Shown: positions 29,224 through 40,014, counted from the first letter of the stretch. The stretch: 64,000 nucleotides of DNA from an uncultured bacterium (GCA_965552055.1 CBEVQO010000002.1:128001-192000), one strand, 5' to 3'. Notes: generated by a model from the sequence alone, not told the origin. Translations and numbers: made by a program.

Positions 29224-30314
29224 TTTTAGCATTTATCTTAAGTGCTACAGTTGCAGGAATAGTGGGAGAAAAAGGAACAGGCATTCTATTATCCAATGCA
29301 TCGATTTATATAAACAATAAACTTGTGGCAAAAAGCGATATAAATGGATTTTTCACATTAACACAGATAGACACAGGCGAATATATCTTCACTGTTAAAT
29401 TAAAAGGTTACAAAGAATTCAGCCAGAAAATAAAAATTAAAGAAGGCATGAATAACATCGTTATCCCACTGGAAAAAATCAAAACAAAATTACCCTATCG
29501 GCTTAAAAGAGTCGCAATCATTATCTCTAAAAAAATAAAGGCATATGAAGAAATGAAAAAGGGATTCGAATCAACCTGTGCAGGAGAATTCGATGAATTT
29601 ACATTGCAAAATGGAAAAATACCAAAATTTAATCCCGAAAAATACGATTTATTATGCGCAATAGGAACGGATGCTGTGAATGCAATTAAAAAATATGAAA
29701 AACCAAAAATATTTATAGGGGTGCTAAATCCTTCAAATGAACTGAAAAAATATAAATTCACAGGAGTAAGTATAAACATAGATTATGGCGAAATAATAAG
29801 AGCAACGAAAAATCTATTGCCTTACATGAAAAAAGTATGCATAATTTACAAAGATATAAATCCTGATTTGATAAAAGAAATCAAAAATGCAAAAGACATT
29901 GTGGGTTTTGAGTTGGTTGAATACAAAGTAAAAGACCTGAAAGAAGCAAAGAAAATTCTTAACAGAATAAATGATATTGATGTTTATGTAATGATGCCCG
30001 ATGAGTTGAATTTATCTTCAAAATATTTTGATTATCTTTTAAAAAAGAGTTATGAAAAAGGTTTTCACATAGTTGGTTTATCTGAGAAATTCGTTGCGAA
30101 GGGTGGGAGCTTTTGTCTGTGGGTCGATATGGAAGATATGGGAAGACAGGCTGGAGAACTTGCAAATGAAATCTTACTGGCAGAAACAAAACCAGAAGAA
30201 TTGCCATTTGAAAAAGTAAGAAAAACCAAATTGATAATAAATTTAAAAACATTCAAAAAATTAAACACAAAAATCCCGGAAATCTTTATTAAGAAAGCAT
30301 ACAAAATTTATTGA
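29220..30314 (+). CDS. carboxypeptidase-regulatory-like domain + ABC substrate-binding-like protein
   Basis: SDINGFFTL..GEYIFTV; TGVSI, MGRQAGELANEIL, LIINLKT. Confidence 0.7.
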   Translation: MILAFILSATVAGIVGEKGTGILLSNASIYINNKLVAKSDINGFFTLTQIDTGEYIFTVKLKGYKEFSQKIKIKEGMNNIVIPLEKIKTKLPYRLKRVAIIISKKIKAYEEMKKGFESTCAGEFDEFTLQNGKIPKFNPEKYDLLCAIGTDAVNAIKKYEKPKIFIGVLNPSNELKKYKFTGVSINIDYGEIIRATKNLLPYMKKVCIIYKDINPDLIKEIKNAKDIVGFELVEYKVKDLKEAKKILNRINDIDVYVMMPDELNLSSKYFDYLLKKSYEKGFHIVGLSEKFVAKGGSFCLWVDMEDMGRQAGELANEILLAETKPEELPFEKVRKTKLIINLKTFKKLNTKIPEIFIKKAYKIY

Positions 30315-31118
30315 TTATTCAAAAATTATCCTGTTTTTATAATTTTTGACATCAACAGAATCTATGGGTGTAAATTTCTTAATAAAAGCACAAACAGCAT
30401 TTGTGTAAAATCTTCTGGTATCAAACTTCTTTTCGTCAGGCATCTTTTCTATTGCAATGAAATCATCTCCACCGATAAATGCAATATAATCGTTTATAAG
30501 GATATTGTAGGAAGAGTCAGGATGAACTAATTTACCATTTATCTTTATGGAATCTATCCTTTCTCCTTCTCTTATTATTTCAAAACCTGTTGGGTCGATT
30601 TCTTGAGCAGGCTTCAATGTATCGATGAAGACCTGAACATTATATGATACCTGTAAAAAACCACCTTTACCGATACACGCTGCACTACGCTCAAATATGC
30701 TCTTTAACTCACTACCACTTACATTGCGTAATAAAACTATGCGATTGCTGAAAGGCAAAACTCCTTTAACAAAGGAGTCGGTTATCGGAAAGTTCTCCGT
30801 GCGAACAGTACCAGGTGGCAGATAGTCGTGTAACCTTATTCCACCTGAGTTTTGTAATGCACAATCTATCCTCAAAGTATCTTTAAAAATGCTATCATTT
30901 GCATACCATAATACAGCATCACATATAATATCACCCAATAAATTTTCACCTCGTCGGAGTACCTCTCGCCTGCCATCTAACATTGTATCAACAACGATGT
31001 AGCCAAGAATATCACCTCGGGGAACAATTTCACCTGAATACTCAACAACAGGAACAGGTGTCTCCTTACAACATAACACCATTATCAAAAATAATATTAT
31101 CGAAAGCTTAGAACGCAT
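30315..31118 (-). CDS. lipoprotein with stand-alone 5'-nucleotidase C-terminal domain
   Basis: Lipobox VLCC; RRGENLLGDIICDA, NSGGIR, LPFSN, GGFLQVS. Confidence 0.8.
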   Translation of the reverse strand: MRSKLSIILFLIMVLCCKETPVPVVEYSGEIVPRGDILGYIVVDTMLDGRREVLRRGENLLGDIICDAVLWYANDSIFKDTLRIDCALQNSGGIRLHDYLPPGTVRTENFPITDSFVKGVLPFSNRIVLLRNVSGSELKSIFERSAACIGKGGFLQVSYNVQVFIDTLKPAQEIDPTGFEIIREGERIDSIKINGKLVHPDSSYNILINDYIAFIGGDDFIAIEKMPDEKKFDTRRFYTNAVCAFIKKFTPIDSVDVKNYKNRIIFE

Positions 31119-33120
31119 AACCAACCCTTATCAGGAACATACTACCGGGTTGAATTAATCCTTTTTTGCCGAATACATCGATGTTTGATGTCTCAACAGG
31201 GTCAGAATATTTCCGCATAATCTGTAAGTTTATCATACTTATTTTTAAGAATAAATTGTTCATGGAATGCAGGAAAGCGATACCTGTTTCCAGATAAGGA
31301 GGGATGCTTGCAGTATGCAGACGCTCAAGCTCCATCCTCCTGTTGGAAGTAAGGGTATCAAGGTAGTTACCATAATTTATCGTCCACCTTATAATTGTTC
31401 TTTTTCTTATGCGAAAATCAATCCCTGCATTTATTCTCAAACGAGGTATATTACGCAACCAGGTGCCATCCCATGCTTTTATCGCATAAAGATAGGGCTC
31501 ACCAAGTTCCCTATTCCAGTAGAAGACAGAATTAAACAACGAAAGGTTTAAAAATAAACCTGTATTAAAAAGCATACCCCTGAGCTCAAAAGCACCTCCA
31601 TAAGATTTAACATCTCCTATATTTTTGTAATAGCCAAGCTGACCGCCACCATGAGGGTCAAAAGCCCTTATACAGCCAGACAATTCGCTGTAAAATCCGT
31701 TAACCCTTATTTTTAACTTTAAAAGACGATAGGTTATTGAAGCCTCATAAGTCCTTATCAATTCAGGTGATAATGTGCTGTCACCCCATATTGCATCCAC
31801 ACCAGTATTACTCCTGTCATAAAGTTCTTTAAAGGTAGGAGCCCTGAATGCCTGTCCAAACAGCAATTTAATTGAAAGTGGCTTAACAGGAGTAAAAACA
31901 AGACCAACACGGGGATTTATCGGTGATTTTTCGACATCACTGTATTTGTCAAATCTAAAACCAAGAGTCAATCTCATTAGATGTGTTCTGTAACATTTTT
32001 GCAGATAAAAAGCAAATACTTTGCGCGAACGACCCGATTGAGGAAAAGTAAGACTATCCCAATTGCCAAATTCCCCCATATATTTATCACCTATAATACA
32101 ATAATTGCGAAGAATTTTAAATTCAGGTAGCGATAAATACTCAAATTGCACACCAAGAAGCACATCCAATTTATCAGATATGCGATAAAATAGACGCTCC
32201 TCAATGCCTCCTGAAATCTCCTTATATTTTTCATGAGTAAATTTGCCATCAGCAAATGTATCCCTGCTCAAAGGACTTATATAGCCCGAAGGAACTTCCT
32301 GCCATAATAAATCCCTTCCCATAAAATCAAAATATATACGGGTAAGTGAATGAATATCCTCAAAATCTTTGATAAATTGTAAATCGCACAGTAAATTACC
32401 GAATTTTAAACGAGAATCTGGTGCACAAACAAAAACAGGACCAACATAAGCACCCCTCTCACGATAATGCGATAAAAACATAAACCTTAAATTTCTACCA
32501 GTATAATCAAATTTTGAGAAAATCTCAGAGAGATTCCTCTTTGTATAAGCCGAATCCTTCTCGATAAATTCTTTAAAACCATCAGAATGCGATAATTTTG
32601 TGAACATCCTCATGCCTTTAAATTTAGCCTTTATAAGATTTTCAACCGTATAATTGTTTCCTCCACTTATTGCGAAAGTATTTTTATAAAGTGTATCTGT
32701 GATTATATTAATTACTCCGCATAAAGCATCTGTGCCAAAAATTGCAGAACCAGGACCCCTTATCACCTCTATTCTCTCAATAAATTCAACGGGCAAATCA
32801 AAAATAGCTCCCCCTGTGTAAAAGTCATTAACTCTGTGACCATCGATAAGAAGCAGTATCTCGCCAGGTGTGCGCTGACCACGCAGAGCAACACGCCATT
32901 CACCATCACTACCCATGCTAACCTCAATATCCGGAATGGTTTTCAAAACATCTATCAGGGTATAACAGGGCAAACGCAAAATGTCTTCTTTACGCAATAC
33001 CGTTATCACTGCAGGCGCTTCCTCTATGGGCTCGGGCTTCAAAGTGGGAGACACTACCTTTAACTCTTCCTGAGTAAATAACTCAAGCTCACTGATAGCA
33101 AGAAATACAAATACAAGCAT
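31108..33120 (-). CDS. TonB-dependent receptor
   Basis: Plug LLLIDG, IERIEVIRGPGSAIFG..GVINIIT; AFRAPTFKEL; terminal F. Confidence 0.9.
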   Translation of the reverse strand: MLVFVFLAISELELFTQEELKVVSPTLKPEPIEEAPAVITVLRKEDILRLPCYTLIDVLKTIPDIEVSMGSDGEWRVALRGQRTPGEILLLIDGHRVNDFYTGGAIFDLPVEFIERIEVIRGPGSAIFGTDALCGVINIITDTLYKNTFAISGGNNYTVENLIKAKFKGMRMFTKLSHSDGFKEFIEKDSAYTKRNLSEIFSKFDYTGRNLRFMFLSHYRERGAYVGPVFVCAPDSRLKFGNLLCDLQFIKDFEDIHSLTRIYFDFMGRDLLWQEVPSGYISPLSRDTFADGKFTHEKYKEISGGIEERLFYRISDKLDVLLGVQFEYLSLPEFKILRNYCIIGDKYMGEFGNWDSLTFPQSGRSRKVFAFYLQKCYRTHLMRLTLGFRFDKYSDVEKSPINPRVGLVFTPVKPLSIKLLFGQAFRAPTFKELYDRSNTGVDAIWGDSTLSPELIRTYEASITYRLLKLKIRVNGFYSELSGCIRAFDPHGGGQLGYYKNIGDVKSYGGAFELRGMLFNTGLFLNLSLFNSVFYWNRELGEPYLYAIKAWDGTWLRNIPRLRINAGIDFRIRKRTIIRWTINYGNYLDTLTSNRRMELERLHTASIPPYLETGIAFLHSMNNLFLKISMINLQIMRKYSDPVETSNIDVFGKKGLIQPGSMFLIRVGYAF

Positions 33121-33126
33121 CATAAA

Positions 33127-33153
33127 AAAATAATCATCATCTCAAATTGTCAA
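33127..33153 (-). promoter_or_regulatory. probable promoter, leaderless
   Basis: TTGACA-N15-TATTTT-N6-ATG(33120). Confidence 0.55.
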
Positions 33154-33169
33154 TAGAAAATTTTTATCC

Positions 33170-33196
33170 TTGACAAATCAAAAATATAGTTAAAAT
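33170..33196 (+). promoter_or_regulatory. sigma70-like promoter, leaderless
   Basis: TTGACA-N15-TAAAAT-N6-ATG. Confidence 0.75.
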
Positions 33197-33202
33197 AAAA
33201 GG

Positions 33203-34501
33203 ATGATTTTAATAGTGCTTTCCATACAATTATGGTATGGGACTTATCTCGGTAACACCAAAATAGGTTATCTGATGCAGGACATCGAAGATGTTGATAC
33301 TGCCATAATTTACAAAGAATTTTCTTTCATGAAATTAAAAATGATGGGAACGGAAAGAATTTTAACTGCCATTGGAGATTATATCTTGCAAAAAGATTAC
33401 AAAATTAAAAAGTTAAACTTTAAATTGAAATCTCTTTCTCAGGAATTAAACATTGACGGTATTTGCAAAAGGGATACTTTGTTTTTAAAAATCTTAACCG
33501 GTGGAACTTACAGGGAAAAGAAAATACCAGCAAAAGGCGGAATTTATTTACCCCATTTGATTTATACAATAGCGGTTAAAAGAAGGCAACCTGTAAAATT
33601 AAAATGCATTGACCTGACGATAATGGGAATTGACTGGGCTGAAGCAAGAATTGAGAAAAATCTGGGAGATAATACTCTTGTATGGGCTCATTTTCTTAAT
33701 GCCGAATCAAAGGCTCTTATCGATAAAGATGGATTTGTGATAAAAGAATGGGCTCCGATGAACATCGTAAATGTAAGGGAAGAAAAAGAAAAAGCACTAA
33801 AAGTTGAAGGCGCACCACCAGAAGTTTTAACATATTACGCAATAAAACCTCAAAAGAAAATTTTAAATCCAAGAAAAGTTAAATATTTGAAACTAAAGGT
33901 AAAAGGAGATTTCTTAAATACTGATAGACAAAAAGTAAAATGGTCTCTCTTTGGAAGAATACTGGAAGTAAGAGCAATAGAACCGGAAAGGGAAAATATA
34001 GGAAGGATACCCGATACTCTTCTGAAATACTTAAAACCTACGGAATTTGTGCAATGTGATGCACCTGAAATTAAACAGAAAGCATTAGAAATAATAAAAG
34101 GCGCAAAAACTGATTGGGAAAAAGTAAAGAAAATATTGCACTGGGTTGATAAAAATGTAAAAGATGTTCCTTCGGTTACAATGCCTTCGGCAATCGAAGT
34201 ATTAAAAAGTTTAAAGGGGGATTGCAATGAGCATGCGGTTTTATTCTGTGCACTCGCAAGAGCAGCAGGCATTCCTGCCGAAATAGTCGTAGGAATAGTT
34301 TACATAAATGACGGCTTCTATTATCATGCATGGAATAAAGTATGGCTCGGTAAATGGATTGAAGTTGACCCAACTTTTGGACAGGAGATTGCAGATGCAA
34401 CACATCTCGCATTACAGGAAGGGGGGATGGAAAATCAGGCAAAAATAATGGGAATCGTCGGCAAAATAAAAATAAAAGTAATAAAATATGAATATCAATA
34501 A
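33203..34501 (+). CDS. transglutaminase-like domain protein
   Basis: GDCNEHA, YHAW, DPT triad. Confidence 0.88.
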   Translation: MILIVLSIQLWYGTYLGNTKIGYLMQDIEDVDTAIIYKEFSFMKLKMMGTERILTAIGDYILQKDYKIKKLNFKLKSLSQELNIDGICKRDTLFLKILTGGTYREKKIPAKGGIYLPHLIYTIAVKRRQPVKLKCIDLTIMGIDWAEARIEKNLGDNTLVWAHFLNAESKALIDKDGFVIKEWAPMNIVNVREEKEKALKVEGAPPEVLTYYAIKPQKKILNPRKVKYLKLKVKGDFLNTDRQKVKWSLFGRILEVRAIEPERENIGRIPDTLLKYLKPTEFVQCDAPEIKQKALEIIKGAKTDWEKVKKILHWVDKNVKDVPSVTMPSAIEVLKSLKGDCNEHAVLFCALARAAGIPAEIVVGIVYINDGFYYHAWNKVWLGKWIEVDPTFGQEIADATHLALQEGGMENQAKIMGIVGKIKIKVIKYEYQ

Positions 34502-36680
34502 AAGCTTGACATCCACAGAATTTGATTCAAATATAAATGAGATGAACATTTTAATACTCTTCATGGGTTTGAAATTACCGGTGAAAATCTATATCGATGA
34601 TTATAGACAGATAAGAGAATTACAGAAAAAAGGTTTAATGATAGAAAATGTTATTTATAATTATGTTGAAACGCATCTTTCCAGAGAAGAAATAGAAAAA
34701 TGGCGGGAAATGGGTTATAAAGTGGAAATTACAAAAGAAGTTACTCCGAAAGCAGGTTATCATAGCTATCGGGAGATAGAAAGGAAGCTTCACTGGATTG
34801 CTTCAACTTATCCGGAAATCACCCACTTAATAAGTATAGGAAAATCAGTGGAAGGCAGGGATATCTGGGCGATAAAAATTTCGGATAATCCACAAAGTTG
34901 TGAATATGAACCGAAAGTGCGCTTCGCAGCTACTATTCACGGTGATGAACCACCCGGAACAGAAGTTTTACTCGCATTAATTGATACTCTTACAAAAAAT
35001 TACGGAAAAAATGATAAAATCACAGAACTTGTTAACACAAGGGAAATATGGATAATTCCTCTTGCGAATCCCGATGGTTATGTTAATCATTCGCGTTACA
35101 ATGCAAACGGCGTCGATTTAAATAGAAACTTCCCTGTACCAGATGGCAGTATAGGAGGTGATGGTACTTATGAACTTGAACCAGAAACTCAGGCATTAAT
35201 AACTTTTCAGGATACCGCTAACCTCACACTCGGATGTATGTTTCATACGGGTGCTCTCGTTGTGAATTACCAGTGGGATTATACCTATGATGTGCCACCG
35301 GACGATGTATTGATTGACAAAATAGCAAGGGAATATGCAAGAAGAAACCCTATGATTTATTACAGCACTTCCGTGCAAACCGCAGATAGTGGAGTGGTGA
35401 GAGGCGCTAGATGGTATATCGTAAAAGGTAGCCTCCAGGATTACAGCTATCACATAAATGGCTTTATAGATTTAACAATTGAAATTTCAGTTACAAAATG
35501 GCCCGATACCACTTTATTAAAACAAATAATTAACGAAAACATAGAACCTCTTTTATTTTTTATCGAAAAGGCAGGAGATGGACTTTATGGGATAGTTTTT
35601 GATACAGTAAATATGTGTCCTGTTATGTGCGAAATCAAAGTTGAAAATTTACAATCTGTATATTCATGCGGAAATGGGTATTACAAAAAGTTGTTATTAA
35701 CAGGAAATTACAATGTAAATTTCAGTTCACCGGGATATTATCCTGCAAGCTTTGTAATCAATGCGAATTATGACTCTTCAACTAATTTGAATGTTAAACT
35801 TACTCCATACTATAAAGATGCCTTTTTAATAGGCAAAGTTACGGACGCTTTCACAGGTGCACCTTTGCGATGCAAAGTAACAACAATTTATAGAGGAGAA
35901 ACAACAAGCACATTAACGGATGACAATGGAAATTACATATTAAAATTCTGGGAAGGAATATGGGAAAAATTAATTTTTGAAGCTACAGGTTATGAGAAAC
36001 TCTTCGAAAAATACTTTGCAGTAAAGGGGACTGTTTTCAAAAATGTAAGTTTAATTCCTTTCTTTTCGTTTTCCAGCGAAACAACAGAAACAATTCCCGA
36101 TACAAAAGTTCTTAAATCAAGGATATTTATTGCCGAAAGTTTAATGATAAAGGAAATGGAAGTATACTTACACATAAACCATCCTGATTTTTCTGAGCTC
36201 GTAATTTACATTGAATCACCTGAAGGTAAATTTGTAAAGCTCTGGGATATGAATTTTGCTACAGGAGATGTTGAAATGTGGTTCGAAAGGGATATTTCTG
36301 CAGATTCCGGCTCTTTAACATGGTATGAGAATACATGTGCAAAAGGTTACTGGACATTACACATTGAGGATAAAAAAGAAGGCAACACAGGAGTATTACT
36401 GGGATGGAAGATAAAAGTCATTCCATATTGTATTGCTGAAAAAAAGATTGCTCAACATGAATTTAAGATTTACCCCAATCCGGGAAAGAGTTTCACAATT
36501 TATTCTTCATTTACCCCCTATCTCTTTGAAATTTACGATATTTGTGGAAGGAAAATTTATTCTACAATGGTCGATAACAATTTGCAAAATTTGAATTTAT
36601 CTTTACCTGATGGTGTTTATTTTTTCAGGGCAAAGTATCCTTTGTGTGAATATTTTAAAAAGGTGGTGGTGATAAAATGA
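34488..36680 (+). CDS. M14 zinc carboxypeptidase with P-domain-like module and T9SS-type sorting domain (start may be 34542)
   Basis: IHGDE, NPDG, DLNRNF, TIEIS; KIYPNP...YDICGR...GVYF. Confidence 0.88.
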   Translation: MNINKSLTSTEFDSNINEMNILILFMGLKLPVKIYIDDYRQIRELQKKGLMIENVIYNYVETHLSREEIEKWREMGYKVEITKEVTPKAGYHSYREIERKLHWIASTYPEITHLISIGKSVEGRDIWAIKISDNPQSCEYEPKVRFAATIHGDEPPGTEVLLALIDTLTKNYGKNDKITELVNTREIWIIPLANPDGYVNHSRYNANGVDLNRNFPVPDGSIGGDGTYELEPETQALITFQDTANLTLGCMFHTGALVVNYQWDYTYDVPPDDVLIDKIAREYARRNPMIYYSTSVQTADSGVVRGARWYIVKGSLQDYSYHINGFIDLTIEISVTKWPDTTLLKQIINENIEPLLFFIEKAGDGLYGIVFDTVNMCPVMCEIKVENLQSVYSCGNGYYKKLLLTGNYNVNFSSPGYYPASFVINANYDSSTNLNVKLTPYYKDAFLIGKVTDAFTGAPLRCKVTTIYRGETTSTLTDDNGNYILKFWEGIWEKLIFEATGYEKLFEKYFAVKGTVFKNVSLIPFFSFSSETTETIPDTKVLKSRIFIAESLMIKEMEVYLHINHPDFSELVIYIESPEGKFVKLWDMNFATGDVEMWFERDISADSGSLTWYENTCAKGYWTLHIEDKKEGNTGVLLGWKIKVIPYCIAEKKIAQHEFKIYPNPGKSFTIYSSFTPYLFEIYDICGRKIYSTMVDNNLQNLNLSLPDGVYFFRAKYPLCEYFKKVVVIK

Positions 36681-37168
36681 TTGGTCTAATTCTTTTCATA
36701 TTGAGTGAAGCCGCTCCCGCGGATTATCTTACCGCGATAAAGGAAGTGCTACCCAGTGCGAAGAAAGTTGGTATAATGTGTAACATGATGGCGAATGTAG
36801 ATGCACTTCAGAAGATTGCACAGGCTGCGACACAACTCGGGCTCGCACCATTCGTGGGCAATGTAAAAGCTCTTGAAGATGTGCCAAAAGCTTTCGAAAG
36901 CTTATCGGCACAAAAAGTAGATGTAATATGGGTATTCCCTGATGCAACATTAAAAGAAGCAGTAGCAAAAAAATTCATACTCGAAAAAGCTACGGCAGCG
37001 AAAATTCCTATAATAGGATATGATGTTGATTTCGTAAAAGAAGGAGCATTCTTAACGGTTGTAAAAACAAACGAAGTTAAATATCATGTGAATATGGAAG
37101 TAGCAAAAAATCTGGGTATTACAATTCCGGATGCTGTAAAATCAAAAATAGTAGTAGAAAAGGAGTAG
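36677..37168 (+). CDS. single-lobe ABC substrate-binding-like exported protein
   Basis: VLPSAKKVGI, VDVIWVFPD, FVKEGA, VNMEVAKNLGITIP. Confidence 0.7.
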   Translation: MIGLILFILSEAAPADYLTAIKEVLPSAKKVGIMCNMMANVDALQKIAQAATQLGLAPFVGNVKALEDVPKAFESLSAQKVDVIWVFPDATLKEAVAKKFILEKATAAKIPIIGYDVDFVKEGAFLTVVKTNEVKYHVNMEVAKNLGITIPDAVKSKIVVEKE

Positions 37169-37170
37169 CC

Positions 37171-38976
37171 ATGTGGCGTAAAAGTTTAAAAATAAAATTA
37201 CCGGTATTAATTGCAGGACCTGTTATCGTATTTTTCTTCCTGTTTATATCATATAGCATAAACTCGCTCAAAAAATCACTGAGAATGGAAACAGAAAGAA
37301 GAGCAAAAGCACTCTGCCTGAATCTAGCTAATACAATGAAATATCATCTCGAAAGTTACACGATTGCAAAAAAAGCAGGCCTACCAGCAGATACATCGAC
37401 AATCAAAAATGCAATGATACCCTTTGTGACAGGAGATATAATGTACGGAATAATTTATGATAAGAATCTCACTCCGATAGTACAAATTAATTCTCACTTA
37501 CTGAAAAGCAAAGAATTGCCGGGCTTCTCATTCGAAGAAACTTATTTAAAAATAATTTCCCTAAAAAATAATGCAAAGGTTATGGATGTTGCAATGCCAG
37601 TAAGAACAGAGGGACTCGGATTAATAGGCTTTGTAAGATGCGGAATGGATCTTAAAGCATACTATGAGAATATAAGAAACAGAGTAAGAAATTCCATAAC
37701 CATGGCAATTCTATTCTTGCTTTTAACAATTATCACGATAATTATCGTGACAAAATTCTCCATCCTTAATCCGATATTTACATTAAAGAAAGCAGCTGAG
37801 AAAATTGAAAGAGGTGATATAGAAACAAAAGTAGAGATGAACCGCGAAGATGAACTCGGTACACTTGCGAACTCAATAAACGCAATGGTAGAATCTCTAA
37901 AAAGAGAAATGGAAGCTGCGAATAATGCTCGCAGGGAAGTAGAAGAGAATGCCCGCTATTTACAGGAAAGAATATCTGAATTTTTAAAAATAATAGAAAA
38001 GGCTGCTGAAGGTGACCTTACCGTAGTCGCACCTTTTCGCAACAGCAACGATATGCTAGATGAACTGGCAAAATCAACTAATGAAATGTTCTCCAATCTC
38101 TCGTCACTCATAGGAGAAGTTAGAAGTCTTGCAGAAGCCGTTGCTTCTTCATCCGAAGAAATCACTCAAATAACACAACAAATCGTAGAAGGTGCAAAAC
38201 GCCAGGAAGCAGAGGCAGCCGAAGCCGCAGCATCAACAGAAGAGATGTCAGCAACAATACTTTCAACAGCACAAAATGCTTCAACAGCTCAAGAAGAAGC
38301 ACAAAATTCTCTACAAAATGCAACCGAAGGCGGCGAAAAAGTAAAAGAAGTAATAGTGAAAATCAACAGCTTAAACGAAACCATAAAACTTGCAGCAGAT
38401 AGAATAACGGCACTCGGTGAAAAAGCAGCGGAAATAGGAAGCATCATTGAAATGATCGAAGAAATAGCAGAACAAACAAACTTACTTGCACTGAATGCAC
38501 AGATAGAAGCAGCAAGAGCAGGTGAATACGGAAGGGGCTTCTCAGTAGTAGCGGATGAAATTCGCGGACTCGCAGACAGGTCAAGGAGAGCAACAAGTGA
38601 AATAAGCAACACTTTAAAAGCCATTCAGGCAGAAGTAGAAGAAGCAATTAGAGTTATGAAAGAATCAAGTATTGCATCAGAAGAAGCAACAAGGATTGCA
38701 CAGGAAGCAGGCGAAGCACTCAGCAGAATTGTGGAAGGCTCAAGAACCGTAACAAATACAATCACACAGATAGCAACAGCAGCAGAAGAAGAATCAGCAG
38801 CATCAGAAGAAATAGCAAACAAAGTAAGAGCAATCTCCGAAATAGCAAGACAGGGTGCATCAAGCGCAGAAGAAGTGGCAAAAGCTATGAGCGATTTATC
38901 ACAGAGAGTTATAACACTCGAAAAAACATTACTGAAATTCAAAATCCCAGAAGAAAAAGCAATAAGACCTGTATAA
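37171..38976 (+). CDS. methyl-accepting chemotaxis-like receptor 2
   Basis: [31 protein letters not shown]; 2 TM; HAMP. Confidence 0.93.
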   Translation: MWRKSLKIKLPVLIAGPVIVFFFLFISYSINSLKKSLRMETERRAKALCLNLANTMKYHLESYTIAKKAGLPADTSTIKNAMIPFVTGDIMYGIIYDKNLTPIVQINSHLLKSKELPGFSFEETYLKIISLKNNAKVMDVAMPVRTEGLGLIGFVRCGMDLKAYYENIRNRVRNSITMAILFLLLTIITIIIVTKFSILNPIFTLKKAAEKIERGDIETKVEMNREDELGTLANSINAMVESLKREMEAANNARREVEENARYLQERISEFLKIIEKAAEGDLTVVAPFRNSNDMLDELAKSTNEMFSNLSSLIGEVRSLAEAVASSSEEITQITQQIVEGAKRQEAEAAEAAASTEEMSATILSTAQNASTAQEEAQNSLQNATEGGEKVKEVIVKINSLNETIKLAADRITALGEKAAEIGSIIEMIEEIAEQTNLLALNAQIEAARAGEYGRGFSVVADEIRGLADRSRRATSEISNTLKAIQAEVEEAIRVMKESSIASEEATRIAQEAGEALSRIVEGSRTVTNTITQIATAAEEESAASEEIANKVRAISEIARQGASSAEEVAKAMSDLSQRVITLEKTLLKFKIPEEKAIRPV

Positions 38977-40014
38977 TTATCTTAATTCCTTGTATTTCGC
39001 CATATCCGCTTTATAGCCCTCTATATCTCCCAGTTTTTTCCTTACCGCAGCGCGCCTGGCATAGGGCCGTGGGTCGTCCGGTTTTATTTCTATCCATTCA
39101 CTCAATACTCTTTCGCGGGATTTTAAATCACCGATTCTTTCATAAAGATAATCAAGATAATCAAGCACACCTATATCTTCCTTTTTAATCTCATGTGCTT
39201 TCTCGAGCTCTGCTATTGCTTCTTTTATCTTATTTTGCTTCTCAAGACAAGCAGCCAGATTGTATCTCGCATCAACATTTGTGCTATCAAGCTTTAAAAG
39301 CTTGCGGAAACTCAATTCTGCATCAGAATAATTTTTCATCTTCATATAGCATATGCCAAGGTAATATAAAGCATCAACATTGGTAGAATCCAGTTCAACT
39401 GCTTTCGATAAATATTCACTCGCTTTCTTATAATCTTCTTCCTTTAAATAAAATCTGGCAAGATTAACATACGAAAGAACACTTTTGGGATTCGTTTCTA
39501 TCGCCTTGTTGTAATAATAAATAATGGAATCTTTCAATGTAGTATCTTCTTTTGCAAGTTTAGCAAAACAATACCCGATATTATTATAAGTGACCGCACT
39601 ATCAGGGTTAAATTTAAGAGCAGTCTTTAATTTATTAATGGCTCTCCTGAATTCATTTTGTTGAAGAAGTATTATTCCGGCATTTGAATAAAGTCTCCAG
39701 AAGAACATTGCATCGTATCGTCTCCTTTTATATTTTTGACCTTTTTTCATCTTTTTTATGATTTCGGGCTTCTTAACCATTGCTGAATCAAAGTAATCCG
39801 TAGCCCTTACATAGTCTTTTAGCTCTGTGTAGCATCTTCCCAGCCATATATACGGTTTCGGGTCATTCGGTGAAGAAGCAGCAGCCTGCTTGAACTTCTC
39901 TATCGCTTTCTGATACTCGCCCTGGTCGAAGTATATTTTACCACTCGTCATCAAATAACTGTATCCGTACGCGGCTCCAGAAAACATTAGCAATACTACA
40001 AACCACTTACGCAT
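38977..40014 (-). CDS. exported tetratricopeptide repeat protein
   Basis: Multiple TPR motifs; signal peptide after AAGGAGGGG RBS. Confidence 0.88.
   Translation of the reverse strand: MRKWFVVLLMFSGAAYGYSYLMTSGKIYFDQGEYQKAIEKFKQAAASSPNDPKPYIWLGRCYTELKDYVRATDYFDSAMVKKPEIIKKMKKGQKYKRRRYDAMFFWRLYSNAGIILLQQNEFRRAINKLKTALKFNPDSAVTYNNIGYCFAKLAKEDTTLKDSIIYYYNKAIETNPKSVLSYVNLARFYLKEEDYKKASEYLSKAVELDSTNVDALYYLGICYMKMKNYSDAELSFRKLLKLDSTNVDARYNLAACLEKQNKIKEAIAELEKAHEIKKEDIGVLDYLDYLYERIGDLKSRERVLSEWIEIKPDDPRPYARRAAVRKKLGDIEGYKADMAKYKELR

Noticed and set aside
34506..34540. TTGACA before the carboxypeptidase as a promoter
   Set aside because: No convincing -10 at 15-17 bp
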